A DNA stretch of 64,000 nt from the NCBI RefSeq assembly GCF_036321535.1, contig NC_087436.1:36086001-36150000 (forward strand), written 5' to 3'. Both the position numbers and the translations under genes were made by a program. Shown piece after piece: positions 25,421 to 39,766 of this stretch. This stretch comes from Camelus dromedarius (lineage: Eukaryota). Positions within the stretch are counted from its first letter, which is position 1, and each line of letters opens with the position of its first letter. Below the pieces are notes generated by a model. That model had not been told where the DNA came from. It did not search any database and was given only the letters and a program-made list of their open reading frames with translations.

Positions 25421-28235
25421 TTCTCCCTTGTATCCAGGGAATGTCATATTTACAATGGTTCTTAGATATCATATACCAGAACCCCCTTCAATTTACAAAT
25501 GGAGAAAACTAAGGTTCATATAAAGCAAAGAACTTGCCCAAGATCACAAGCCTTATTTTAAAGGCAGGTCTGTTCAACTCTCAAAATTCATTTTCTACTA
25601 TGCCCCCCTGCCTCTTTGGAAAAATCCCCTGCAAAAAATTCTAGCACACTGTTTATAAGCTTTATTCTGCTATATAAAGTTAGAAAACAACACTACATAA
25701 TACAACATACACTAGTATTTAAGACAAGTATACACAAAACCACGTATTTTCCCTACTGGACACTTTAATTCTAAGACTAATCTTTTTAAAAATTACCTTC
25801 TCATAATCTGATTCATTACTAGATTAGGGGAGACAGAAGATCAATGCAATACCTGATAATCTGAAATTAAGTTATATTAACAGCAGTTAATATTTATTTA
25901 CTGCTTGTATGCACCAAGTATATCCTTTTTAAAATGTGTATATATCTTCACATAAAAAGTCTTCTCCACTTAACCTTCTGATCCTTTCACAACTTTTTCA
26001 ATTAAATATAACAAAGTAAATGGGAGAATTTCTTAAATTTTCTTGCCATTTTCCTGAAGTTCTTTAGGGTACTACAGTGCCTATGAAAAGTAGATGGTCC
26101 TATTTATACCTAGTATATGAGTTATATTATCACTTTTCTCCTGAAAGTCTTAGGACACCACTTTATTTCTGGATTATAATTACCTGTGAAAAGATACAGG
26201 TATTTTCTACTCTAAAAATTGATCCTACCCTTAGTTTCACAGACTGAAATTAAACCAAAAAGCCTTACACCACCCTGATAAAAATCTATTTTATGATTTA
26301 ATTTTGGTTAAGAGCATGGATTTGGAGTAAGATGATCCTGAGTTTAAATTCTAGTTCTGCCACATATTAGCTTTGAGACCTCTTTTGAGTCTATCTGATA
26401 TTTTTATCACAGTGTTGGTGTGACAATTAGATGAAAGAATGTTTTCCTTTTCCCACCTTCTCATGCCCTCATTTTAACTGTACAATTCCTGCTTTTTCTT
26501 TAAGATTCTTCTTAGATGTCACTTTTTCTATATAACCACAGTCTCCTTTCTTCAGAGGAGATAACTACATTTTCCATAGTTTTATGAGCATGTATCTCAC
26601 TGTATAAGTAGTTGTTTACAAATCTTTCCTTCATCAGACTGTGTTTCTAGACAGCAAGAATCCTAGAGCCTTCTAGAATGCATGAAATGTATTAGAAAGT
26701 CAAAAACTGTCTGATAAAGGATGCTGAAGAATGAATCCTTGCCTAGATGAGCAAGTCCAAAGCAATGCCTAAATGGTAATCCAGACTCTTCACTGTTACC
26801 TAATGGAATGAAGGAAGCAAAGTTATCCACTGATACTTCTGCTTCTTGATAGTTAGGGAATTCATTTCCATGATCAAACACACCATTTCTTGTGAAGCAT
26901 AAAAAAACTAGACAGAAAGGGACTTTGTCCTAGACCGCAGTGAACCAGGATGTTTGCATCTGCTTTGTGGGCTACAAAACCAATAGTCTCCCCCAGCTGT
27001 AAGTCCTCTAAAATAGAAACTGATAGTAACCAAACAGAATGAAATAAAATTGATTTTCTCCACAAAGAATAAAGTATTCAAAGGCCCATAAATATGTCTT
27101 CTAACTTTCCTTTTCCTATCTGTTCTAACTTCTCAAACCTCTTTTCCTGCACACACTGGGTCAGATTAGAAAGATCAAAGGACTAATGAAAAGAGTCTTC
27201 AGAGCCTACTAAATAAGACTGACTATGAAACAATGCTTTGGAGATAAAAGTTACTATATTTCTGTACTAAAGCTCTTTAAAAAACCCTAAATTTCCAACT
27301 CAAGAATTCGATTTCTTCCATTACCTACAAGGGTTAAACTTTCTCTAAAGCACCTTATGAAGATACTGGCTAGGTCACAAACTGGAACAGAATGCCACAA
27401 CCGAAAAAAAAAGCTCCTCCAAAATATAAAAAGACTTAGAAACACATGCCCATATAAGAAAACAAAATAAATATAAGGAACATAAGGTAACTAACAAACT
27501 TGAGATGCTATGAGGCATGCGCAGTCTTTAGAGGAAAGAAGCCTTTTTCTAGAAATATTCTCAGAACAACAACAAAAAAGATTATCAGATATTTTTCAAA
27601 AAATTCTTACTTGCCTAATCAAACACTTTAGTTGGTTATAAAAACTGCCCTGATTTGATCACACTCTTCATGGTTGAAATTACCCTGAAAAACTGCAAAA
27701 ATGTTAAAGTCTTACGGGCTTCAAAGTAACTATAGTTATGCCACGGTGAAGTTCTTAAAGTCAGAGTCAAATGATTAATAACAACACTTAAACATTTTCA
27801 GACTTAACACTGTCACATATTCTGAGGCAAAGAATTCTTAGGTTTCACTAAGTACTTTTACAGCACCGTAACAAATATAGAGCTGCTCCTCAAGGAAAAT
27901 CTTCATTCTCTTGCAGGCACTTCTCCCAAATTTCCATAGCACAGTATCAACAAATATTGTCATCATCAATATTGTCATTAATGTATCCAGTTACATTGTA
28001 TGTGCACACTTAAGAAAGTCTGAAAAGATATACACTACAATACTGTTCATTTTTAGGAGGTAGGATTAAGAGGGATTTTTATTTCTTTTTTATAGTTTTC
28101 TGAATTATCTAATTTTTTTTCCAAACAATAATTTTATGATTAGAAAAATTAGCTATTTCCATTAGGAAATAAGTGAGATATAAACTATCAGTTTGTAAAC
28201 AAACCAGAGTTAAGTCCATCAGTACAGACTCACTA

Positions 28236-28508
<273 letters not shown>

Positions 28509-30500
28509 CTAACAAAATCAGATAAAAATAAATTATATATTCTTCTAAAAGTAAATTTAAAAATAAGCGCTAGCAATATAGACAAGGATGGATCTAACTA
28601 TCCAGGCTGCTAAGTCCTATCCCTTATTTCCCAAATTTCATTATTCATCCCACATTGCCCAACTCTAACTGCTCCATCACCTAGAAAATTTTCCAATACT
28701 TACCTCTCCATCTATTGTAAATGATGTCTCTTTCACTTCTAGCATCTTAACTACACTATTCTCACAAATAATAACAAATGATACTCTATCCTATATAGCT
28801 GTTTTAATTTAATTGTTTTAAGGTGTCCTTTTCCCTACTTAAAAGCAAACAGAACAAGGCTCTACTACACAACTGTCTAAGAAATCTTCCTCACTTATAG
28901 ACTGTTTATTTTGGTAAATTTTTAAATTCCTGAAAATCTTCACAACAATATAACCAACACCTAAGTATCAGACATCCTTGAACATACATGGATTTTTTAC
29001 TCTCTGAGAATAAAATTTGGAACAACAAACTATAAAGAACTATGATCATGATCAGCCACCTGAAGAAATTATCCAACATTCTATGCAGATGACTCAAGCA
29101 TAATCTCACAGAGACAAGCTTAACTTGAATGTGATTTGAAGAAAGAAAACACAAACCTAATCAATTATACTAGATGTGCCAACAGAAAAAGGTGGATTAC
29201 AATAAATGTACGAATTATTTCAAAGACAAAATACAGACCCTTTAAATATTTTCAGACTAAAACTTCATTGTCACATGCTTCCAGTCCTGCCCAGAGTGAA
29301 GAACATTAGTTCACAGCAGGCTATCCTGGTGGCACAGAAAGAGGCAGCAATGATATGGTAATTTAGATCCTCCAACACAGAGCCTTCCATCTGATTTCCT
29401 ACTCATCAAAAACCTATTTATATAATGCCACTCTCCACATCTATTTGTCTTCATAAACTATTTGGTCAGCTAAATAATTGTATTTCTTATTGTAAATGGA
29501 CAAACTGGTGTCCCAGTTTAATCAGTCTCTTGAGTGTTGCCACCGTGGGTCATCCTCAGAGCTCCACTACCTCCAACATACTAACAACACTGAATTCTCT
29601 AACTTGACAAGCTGAGAACCAAACCTGGGACATGCTGATCACTCCTAGGTACTCCCCAAGACTGAGAACCACATGGTCATTCAGCTTCCCCCAGGTAACA
29701 ACCCTTCTCTCGTGTTACTATTAAAACTGTGACACAGGTTAGCAAACAACAGAGACAATACGAAACCTTCATGTTATTCTCACATGTTTGGTTTCTACCA
29801 ATAGACAGTAAATCCAAAAATTTCTAAATGTCCACTTTTTTAATGGGCAAAAGAAGGAATTTAGGATGCCATGATTTCTAAAAAAATTTTTGGTTCTAAC
29901 TTGTATTATGATTCTAAAAAATGAGTTATTTACAATCTTGCATGAGAAGTGTATTCTTCTAGTAAATGGCTATCAGGGGTCTGAGAAGAGTTTTCTTCAT
30001 CCCTCTTCCCTACCAGTCCCATGGCTCTCCCTTTCATAATCAGCACTTAGTTTTTATTAATGTAAGATAGTATGCACTATCAGAGAATCTCATAACATGA
30101 GGAAATTCTTTTAAAATGTTGTACAAACACATTTCCATCATTCTCACTTCCTATCCTTTCACTTGCCAAACTTAAAACCCCAAAAGAATCAATTTTTAAG
30201 AGTATTAAGACTTACTCATGAAATTTCTTAGTAAAATCCCCTAAAATTCAACTGCTAAATTTTCCTCACTAAATTTTTGCTACAGGTTTTTAGGTTAATA
30301 TCATTTATTACAAAAGAAATCTCTCATTGTATATAATTTTATATGCTACAAAAACAGGCTAGGTTACATTGTCCTGTCGCTAAGAAATCACTGAAGAAAA
30401 TTATTTTATGGGTCTTTCCTCTAGTTTGTGCAGTTAACATTTTTCCCTTGCCCTAGAGAACCCCCAAACTCAGGCATACTTAATAGTTTTTTCTACTTCA

Positions 30501-30746
<246 letters not shown>

Positions 30747-31737
30747 TTAAAAAATTGAACATGAGTCATTTTAATTTTTAGTTGAAATGCAACAGATCAA
30801 ATTTAGTTAATAATATTAAAGGATTTAGTTAATAATAGGATTTAGTTAATAATATTAAAGACAAAAGCAATAGGATGTTAAACTGAAAAATCTTAGATTA
30901 ATTTTAGCCCATATTATTAACTCACCAATATTACACTCTAGTAGATCTGCCCTCAATTAACAGCAGAGTACTGAGAACAGTCTATTGCTCATGAGATGAG
31001 AGTCCATTACCAGACAGAACCTGCCCACTAATGCCCACTAAACTGCTATGCCTGGATCAATTCACAAGCCAAGACCAGAGATGCTAGTCCTTGGAGCCAG
31101 TTTAAAGTCCAAGGGATAGAAAGTAGAAATGCTCTTTTCCTTAATTGACTGAAAAAAAAAAAAAAAAAAACCTCTCAAGATGATCAATTCTCCCATAAAA
31201 AGATGAAAATTCTCTCGTAAGAGGAAACCTCAACTGCCAGGAACATAACAATAGCAACAGTGAAAACATACTACACAATGAGGTGTACCACTGGTTCTCA
31301 AATCTTCGGGATTGGGAGTAAAAACTATTATATCATCTACTATCGCCGGAAAAAAAAATTTTTAATGGAAGTTTTGATAAGAAAGCGGAAATTATAAGCT
31401 AAATACCAACACAATGAAAGAGCTATAGCCATATTATAAATAACATGACATTAGATCAAGTTACAGACCACACTCTAAAAGAACTTGCAATGTAACAATG
31501 GCAGCCCAAACTGACAATTAGTACAAATCATTTTTAAAGAGCAAAAGATTTGTCCCTTTGAAGCAGAGTGTAATAAAACAAAGTTTTAAACCTAAAGAGC
31601 AAATATAATAGTCTACTAAAAGAACTAGATATATTGGCTATATCTGAGTACTCAAAAGAAAGAAAATCATAAATTTATATGCTTAAGCAGTCATATGACT
31701 TAGTACTGTCTTAATTTTTACCTTATGTAATTCTTTA

Positions 31738-31995
31738 AATTGTTGAAATATAACATTACATTACTTTCAGGTATACAACATAATGATTCAACATTTGCAC
31801 ATACATATTGTGAAATGATCACAAGTCTAGCTCAAGGTGTCACCATACAGGCATAAAACTTTATTCTTGTAACGAGAACTTTTAAAATCTACTCTGTAAC
31901 TTTCAAATATGCAATACAGTATTATAAACTACAGTCACCATGCTGTGGATTACATCCCCATAATTTATTTTATAACTGGAAGTTTGTACCTTTTC
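31738..31995 (-). mobile_element. L1MA/MB-like 3' end
   Basis: ttcaggtatacaacataatgattc...actttcaaatatgcaatacagtattataaactacagtcaccatgctg...ggaagtttgtacctttt. Confidence 0.7.
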
Positions 31996-32217
31996 CTACA
32001 TTATGTAATTTAATTCCTTATTTATCACATTTCCAAAACAATACTAGATAGAAATAGATTAGATAGAACTTCATTAGATTTATAATCTGTATCCAGTGCT
32101 ATCACTATTATTTTTGTCCTATTATTTTTGTTCATGCTTCATATAAAGTGCTACTGTTTCTACTTTGATTAAAACAGACTTGACTACTAATTCCAAATAT
32201 CCAAAAATAAAGAATAC

Positions 32218-32274
32218 CGCAGAGTGGCTTCAGCAAATATCTGACGTAACCTTGCTTCAGTCTCCCCGTAGAAT
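32218..32274 (-). CDS. SPATA5: SPATA5 exon 7 (D1 pore loop)
   Basis: ttacag|A TTC TAC GGG...CTG CG|gtattc; encodes (K)FYGETEARLRQIFAEATL; 57 nt, phase 2 to 2. Confidence 0.95.
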
Positions 32275-32442
32275 CTGTAACAAATAAAATACATTTCAAG
32301 ACTAACTCTTGTTGTTTTTAAAGTTCTGTCTATAGAAGTTCTGATTTTTCAGACATTTCCAGAAGACTTAAGACTACTTTCAAAAATTATTTTCCAAACT
32401 TAATTTTTATACACATTAAAAAGCCAATTTAAAATATTTCAA

Positions 32443-32802
32443 TGGAAAGAAAAATGCCATGATATCATTTATATGTGGAATCTAAAAAAGAAAAAAGAAG
32501 ATACTAATAAACTCATCTACAATACAGAAACAGACATAGTATACAATCTTTTGGCTACCAGGTGAAAAGATGTGGGAATACATTTGGGAGTTTGAGATTT
32601 GCAAATGTCAACCATTATATATAAAAATAGATTTTTAAAAATTTCTTCTGTGTAGCACAGAGAACTATATTCAATATCTTGTAATAACCTTTAATGAAAA
32701 AGAATATGAAAACAAATATATGCATATATATATATGCGTGACTGGGACATTATGCTGTACACCAGAAATTGACACATTGTAACTGACTATACTTAAATAA
32801 AT
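32443..32802 (+). mobile_element. 5'-truncated L1 3'UTR with 11-bp TSD in SPATA5 intron 6
   Basis: aaatatttcaa at 32432-32442 and 32803-32813, with TTT/AAAA at the left; body similar to the L1 3'UTR at 2180-2530. Confidence 0.85.
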
Positions 32803-32908
32803 AAATATTTCAACATATGAAATATCCAGACAGAATGCTATGTAGCCATTTTTTAATGGTATTTAATATATCTAATAGTATTGTTTAGTCTATTAAGTTT
32901 TGCACCTA

Positions 32909-33067
<159 letters not shown>

Positions 33068-33908
33068 TCAGCATTATTAGGTTTCTTTTAAGTGCTGTCA
33101 TATGACTTCAAACATAAGTTATAAATATACCTTGAATCAAAACCAGAGTGTCAGACCTTCTTTTTTCCCTCCAGAATGACATAGTAACTAGCCCAAACAC
33201 CGATCTCCAGCAATGACTTTTTCTCTCTGTAGACCCAACCAGGCCAGGCTGGTTACTGACAGCCTGGCTGGACACCTACACTATTTTCATGCCCCATCCC
33301 ACACAGCACAGTTCAATGATCAGAAAACAAAGCCATCTAGGAGAATATAGGCACTACCAGCAAAATTCAATCCAAGGGTTCATTTTATATACATAAACAT
33401 TCACGGAAAAGGAAAAAGCAGAGAAAGAGATGGTATGCGCCAAGAACATGCAGAAAAAGCCCTGAGTTTCAGAGGAAACGCTGAGCTTCCTAGGAGCTAA
33501 GTCATTCCCTGAACCACTGGCTCCAATGCAAAGAGATCTGTACACAGCTACATTTCCTGGATGAAGTTTTATCCAACCTATTTGAACATTTTTGGTTTAT
33601 TTCTTTTGTTATTACAGCTAACGTAGCAAGACAAGATACTTATTCTACATCCAATGCAAATAAGTGTGGAAATGTGCAATTGGAAGAGACAAGGCTGCAA
33701 TAAACTCACATTACAACCTAAAGAGACTAAGCATAGAAAGTCTCATTTAACTGGCATCTCCCAAAGCAACTCACACCTCCTACCATAACTCCTACTCAGG
33801 GAGGAAAGCAGGAAAAGAGGTGAACAGTCATTAGATAAGTGGAATGAGCCAACTGCTTTTCAGTTTGAACTGAACTCTTTTGGTTGTAATATACTGAAGA
33901 AATCATAC

Positions 33909-34553
33909 CATAACTCTTGAAAAGTTCAGGCTGTTTTAGAGGCAATTCAATTATTTCTCTAATTTCTTTCAGCTGACTATTTAAGCCGCCTATCATGTCA
34001 TAAGTTACTTTGAATTGGCTGTCCTGATTTTTTGAATTTGTATGAATTTTTGTAAAATTGATTCTTGTTGTTGAAGAAATAAAATAAAAGGTATCAGTGT
34101 TGCACTTTGCTCCCACGCTGGATGACTTCAGCAACCTCTCTTCATTGACAGGTTGCCCATTTCCTTCTCTGGAAGACTCAAAACTACATTTAAGACCTGT
34201 GAATTCCTCTAGTTCAAGTCCGCTACTGTTTCCAGGACTCTCTGTAACATCGGACAAAACATCACCAGCTTTATTTATCATTCTGTCATCTACTGGCTTG
34301 TAAGGAGTACTGCTTGATGCTGGGTTTCGAGGCACTTCCAGATTTAACTGGCTTAGCTGTAAAGATACATCCAGGGTACTGGTTTCTATGCTGGACGGCT
34401 CAGAGGCCATAACCTGGGCATCAGTGTCAGAGTCACTCTGAGCCCTTCTCAACATCGTGCCATCTGCCCCTTTCACTTGCAACACTTGCAACTTGCATGG
34501 TCGTCCATAGAATGTACAATACAGAAAGTTGCCCGGTAACACAATCTTGCCAT
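33909..34553 (-). CDS. SPATA5: SPATA5 exon 5 (end of N domain, low-complexity insert, start of D1)
   Basis: gcag|AT GGC AAG ATT GTG...AGT TAT G|gtatga; covers ORF 33796..34542, ending [33 protein letters not shown]; 645 nt, phase 1 to 1. Confidence 0.96.
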
Positions 34554-35178
34554 CTGCAAAACAATTTATTAAATGTGTATGTTAACACAATTTTTCACCC
34601 ATTTACAATTTAAATAGCAATTTATTTCATCTATTAACAAAGCTATCTGAAAAGACTAAATCAAGATGGAAGTATTAATAAAATAACTGTCATGAGAAAC
34701 AGAAGACCTAGTATTTGTCTACATTACAGCACTATCTGGAGACAGAATAAGGACAAGATGATTCTCTGAAATCCTCTATACTCAATATATTTAGGATTCT
34801 ATAAACCATATCCACAAATAGCCAGGCATTCCAGATGCAGTAATGAACAAAACTAAAATGGCATACCAAAACCAACACTCCAAGATAACATTCTTCAAGG
34901 GCTCAAAGGTTAGAAGTCTCAGCTCTCCCACTGACTCTGTTCATTGACAAGTCATAAATTCTCTCCACTGCTCAACTGCCAGTAAATTACTCAGCAGCTT
35001 TGGGGGAGATAGGGACACACTACATCCCTATCTTAAAAGGACTTCAATTCATTGAGGAGAATATTCTCTACATTATCAAAAAAAAAAAAATGTATATAAG
35101 ACATCAAAGACACACTAGTTTATTTGCTATTGCCTTACTTTCCAAAATTTAGAAAACTATTTAAAATATATATCTCAC

Positions 35179-35237
35179 CTAGTTTTCTCAGAAGACAACT
35201 AGTCAGTTGTTCCTCATTAATATCTGCATTTTTATCA
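35179..35237 (-). CDS. SPATA5: SPATA5 exon 4
   Basis: tttacag|T GAT AAA...CTA G|gtgag; encodes (S)DKNADINEEQLTSCLLRKL; 59 nt, phase 2 to 1. Confidence 0.93.
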
Positions 35238-36118
35238 CTGTAAACGGTGGGGAAAATAAAAATTAGCATTAAGTATACCAGAAAATAAAATGTAATAAAA
35301 CATGTACATGCTGTATTGTAATGCAGACGAAATCAAAAGAATCATTAGTTTACAACCGGAAATGATTTGTACAATTTTGGAATGATTTATACTTCTCATA
35401 TACTTCTTATAGCTGTGAAAATATTATTTGCAATTTGGTGTTGAGTGGCCTAAATGAACGTTCTTTACTCTCTTACACATACACAGACTGATATACTCAG
35501 GTGTATGTATATCTTCACTACATCTGTAAATGTATATGTACAATAAATCACAACGAAAATATATTTTTTACTATGTGTCATAACCAAAAACATTCGAAAA
35601 ACACTGGCCTCCATCACTTCCTTTCTGAACCTGCTTAGCTTGGAGAAAGGCTTTTATTAATAGCTTACATCATCCTCTTTGTATAATTAATAAATTATCT
35701 TTTAGGAAAATTAAATCCTAAAGATTACATTATCTGAAGAGGTAGAAAAAAAAGGAGAATAATGGTGCAACGGAATTCTCTCTTATTCTAGAGAAAGCGC
35801 ATGCCTAAGACAAGATGAAAAAGCCTCCTTCAGATTGGTAACTGTGTCTTCCAGGGAGATTGTTTGCGTACAGGAAGTAACACATCTAAAAATCATTGCA
35901 CTTGTAAAGAACCATGTTCTTGGAGAGTTCCTAAACCACGTGCATTTTTCCTCCTTCTCCGTGTGTAAGCAGCCCATATCAGTGCAGGAAGCCTATGGCT
36001 GTGAGCTCTGCCAGAGATCACAGAAGGAGAATGGTTTAGCTCAGGAAAAGATGTATATTAGTAGGCCCATCTGGTCCAACTCTAAGCCTTGTTCCCACTC
36101 TATCAGTAAAAAACCAAT

Positions 36119-36677
36119 ACAGCCAAACTTCATCATCTGAGGATTCTGCATTTGCAAATTCACCTACTTGCTAAAATGTGTCTGTAACCCAAAAATTAGT
36201 ATTTGCAGGCATTCCAGTCATTCATGGATGTGTGTAGAACAACCAAAAAAATGTGAGTTTCCCAGCTGAGCTTGATAAAGGTCCCTTGTTTCAACTTTTA
36301 TTCAGAGGTGACCAGGGGATGGAAGCCGGAGAGGGTAGGGGACAGCACAGTATAGAGCAAAAAGTTCCATCTCTGGGACCAGCTGAAGGGGGTTTGAGTC
36401 CTAACTCTGACATCTGTTAGTGGGGTGGCTTCAGGAAAGTCACTTAATGCTTCTGAGCCACCTCTTCTCTTTTGTAAAATAAATAGAATCTACCAGAATG
36501 AGTTGTTTAAGGATTTAAGGTTATAATCTATGTGAGAGACATATTTTCATATATTTATATGTATTAAATTAATAAATACACATACACACTCCCTGGGAGC
36601 AATGGTTCAGTATGTTAATTCAGTGTTTGCGGCAACTTTACAGAACATAACTACCACAAATAATGAGAGTCAACTGT
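36119..36677 (-). mobile_element. TcMar-Tigger (MER82-like) DNA transposon relic
   Basis: Ends tacagccaaacttcatcat / ataatgagagtcaactgt; internal cacctacttgctaaaat and gagcaatggttcagtatg...actttacagaacataactacc. Confidence 0.65.
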
Positions 36678-38071
36678 GTATTCATATAAAAGAGAGAAAA
36701 ATAGATGAGAAAATTTCAAGCATCAAATGCTTAAATATACTTGTTTACAGACCTCTGAAACTACTTATATTTGAACTGTGTTTATTTATTAAACTGTGAA
36801 AAGAAGATACTTGCAAAAATGTACAAGAACAATAAAAATAACCAATTATGCTTTTAAAAAAAGAATGAGTGCAGATAAAATTATTTCCACTAGAAGGCGC
36901 TCTAACCTTACTAATAAAATTTTTCAGATGAAACTGAAGTATTTAAGCAGCAGACTAAAATTACTGATTTTTCTCATTGGAAATTAAGTTTCTTGTCTAA
37001 GTTCTGCTGCCACATTTAAAACACAAGTTTCTTTAAAATAAAAAACCAAGGTTCCATTTAAAACATACACAGTCCTTCCATAATAGGTAATCATTACACT
37101 CAAGACTGCTGCACCCTCAAGAGGTCACCCTTGTAAGATCATAAAAAATCCAGTCAACTGATTATTGCTACCTGCAGCACTAGAAGTTTGAAGATTAACC
37201 CTATTTAACCTGAGTAGTACTACTGTTTCATAAAATAATGGGCAAGTTACCACTCCTCACTGAGCCCGTTTCCTCACTTGTGAAAAAGGGATAAAAATGG
37301 ATACCTTGCAGAATGTTTAAGGGATCAAATAAGAAAAAGGGGAAAACTGTATGTGTGTGCACATGTGTGTGTGTGCACTAGTACACAGCTGGTGTTCAAC
37401 ATACGCTTTGTTCTCTTTTCCTTTCTTTTATTTTGTTGCTCATTAAACTGTTATTAAACGCACTGAAGACATTTTCCTGTTTTTAAAAGAAAAAAAATGC
37501 ACCAAAGCTCATGCTTAGAATCTACAACAGTAGCAAAAGTAAACATTTCAAAAGCAAGATAATAACTAGAAAATGTTTTGTGATTCTTGCATATAATGTA
37601 AAATCTCCAAAATTGCCACAAACGTGATACTGAAATATCAAAAGATTCTTTCTAAAGCAAATTTTGTTATGATCTGAATATATGCAAGCTGAGTAAAAAT
37701 CCTATTAAATACAGAACATCCAAGAGAATGAGCAATATACTTTAACCATACTGATAGTTTTTGGTGGGAAACCATTTAAAAATCTGATATATATAACTGT
37801 TTTATTAGACTGAACAATCAATGAGTTAGAGTATACAATCAGATACTTTGCTTGAACAGTCTTAATTAAATTAAAACTTGTTTCTTGCCTACTCACAGTG
37901 ATCTGTACAACCGTAAAAAAGACGAGAAGCCCTGATTACACTGCAATTCAAGATGAAAAACATTCTTAAACATCCATCAATTGTAACTTCCTCACACCTA
38001 AAATGTCAAGGCATACTCTAATCCCAGGCCGTTAGAGTCACTAGCCTGTAAATCACACGGCACTCATCCAG

Positions 38072-38385
38072 CTGGTGCTGTCTAATACAGGAGGCCACCA
38101 GCCACTCACCGCTTGTGGCTACTATGTGCTTAAAATGTAGATGTTTTACAAGTGTAACACACACCCAGGATTTTGAAAACTCAGTTTGAAAAACAGAATG
38201 AAAAATCTTATTAATAGTTTTTTATAGTTACGTAAGCTCAAATAAGATTTTACATATATTGGTTAAATAAAATATACTATTAAAATTACTTCTTTCTCTT
38301 TTTAAATGTAACTACTAGAATATGCAAAATGATGTATGTGATTCACATTTATGACACTCATTACATTTCTACTGAGCAACACCGA
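38072..38385. mobile_element. MER3/MER33-like hAT MITE next to the SPATA5 exon 3 donor
   Basis: gtgctgtctaataca...tgtggctact...ggttaaataaaatatactattaaaatta...cattacatttctactg. Confidence 0.65.
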
Positions 38386-38416
38386 TCTAGACAGTCACCA
38401 AAGAAAAGAGCCAAAC

Positions 38417-38574
38417 CTGAGTGCCACGTCCATTTCCTCGGCCTGCAGCACAGCACCCAAAATAGGCTGGACGTGGATGGCATCACCAACCCTCACACCC
38501 ACATTCTTCTGCGCCATTTCACTCAGGCCAACCTTGCCTCCAGGAAATCCTGCCACTGGCCAGGCTGTGTAGAC
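38417..38574 (-). CDS. SPATA5: SPATA5 exon 3
   Basis: cag|GTC TAC...CTC AG|gtttgg; encodes [52 protein letters not shown]; 158 nt, phase 0 to 2. Confidence 0.95.
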
Positions 38575-39583
38575 CTGTCCAGAGCACAGGAAATAAAAAT
38601 ATGAGAAGATAAATATTCGGAGAATATCAGTAATTTATGAGGAAGAAAACAGCACAGTCGAGTACCTGGATCTGCGAAACACAGACCTTACCCCAAAGGA
38701 GTTGCAATCTGACACAAGTTACAAAAAAAAAACTAATTTTTATAAATATTACATCTTTCATAGAAGATTAAGAATAATCCCACAATGAAAATGGTGGAAG
38801 AGATGAAGGGTGGATTTAGAGAAAGAGACAAAGGCATTAACAAATGATAAGAGGACAATGAGAAAAAATACTGAAGGCCCGCTAACTATAAGGTAATTCA
38901 GCCTGGAGCATAAACTACATCCAGCAAACAGTGAGGTACCCAACACAGGAGCTCCATGGGAACCTCGGTCTCATCAGACTTAAATGCTAAGGTAGAAACA
39001 TGAAGATTTCTAGCTCCAAATAGTGGATTGAGTGTACGTGTTTATAGTCTTCTCTTCCGCAAGGCACAATGAAGGATTTTTTTTACAGTGTAAGCCCAGA
39101 ACAATGAAAAGAATGGAGGCATGCCATCAGCAGATAAGAGATTACAAAACATTTCCAGATGACCCCCGGGATGAGAGAAGACCAACTAATGAAGCAGCAG
39201 AAGACACGGCAGAGGCAGAGAATACAGGGAAGCTTCTGGTCTTAGAGTCTTAGGGATGATGAATGGCCGCCAGGACAAACAGCTGAAAACAGGGAGGGTA
39301 ATCAAATATTTACATACAAAGGAGATGATCTTCGTACTCGAAATAACATTTCTGTGGAGAAATACAACTAACTAGCAAACTGGAGAAACAGGGCTGGTAG
39401 TGTGTGTGTCACCACTTTGCGGGGAAAGGCTTCGCTCTGTATCATGACACTTAGGGGCTCCAACTCCCAGGGTATTGAAGGAAGGAAAAGTGTATACAGC
39501 TGTGAAGGTCTTATAAAAGAGAGTTTTTCATTTATTACTGCTTGTGTTGAAAATAAAAATCAAAAACATCTCAAATCTTTTTA

Positions 39584-39766
<183 letters not shown>

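Noticed and set aside
25190..25523. Repetitive RLG/LPS proteins
   Set aside because: Translations of the 9-bp minisatellite and CT tract.
33796..33908. ORF read-through past the exon 5 donor as an alternative C-terminus
   Set aside because: The canonical donor G|GTATGA at 33909/33908 joins exon 6 in frame; I have no evidence for intronic polyadenylation here.
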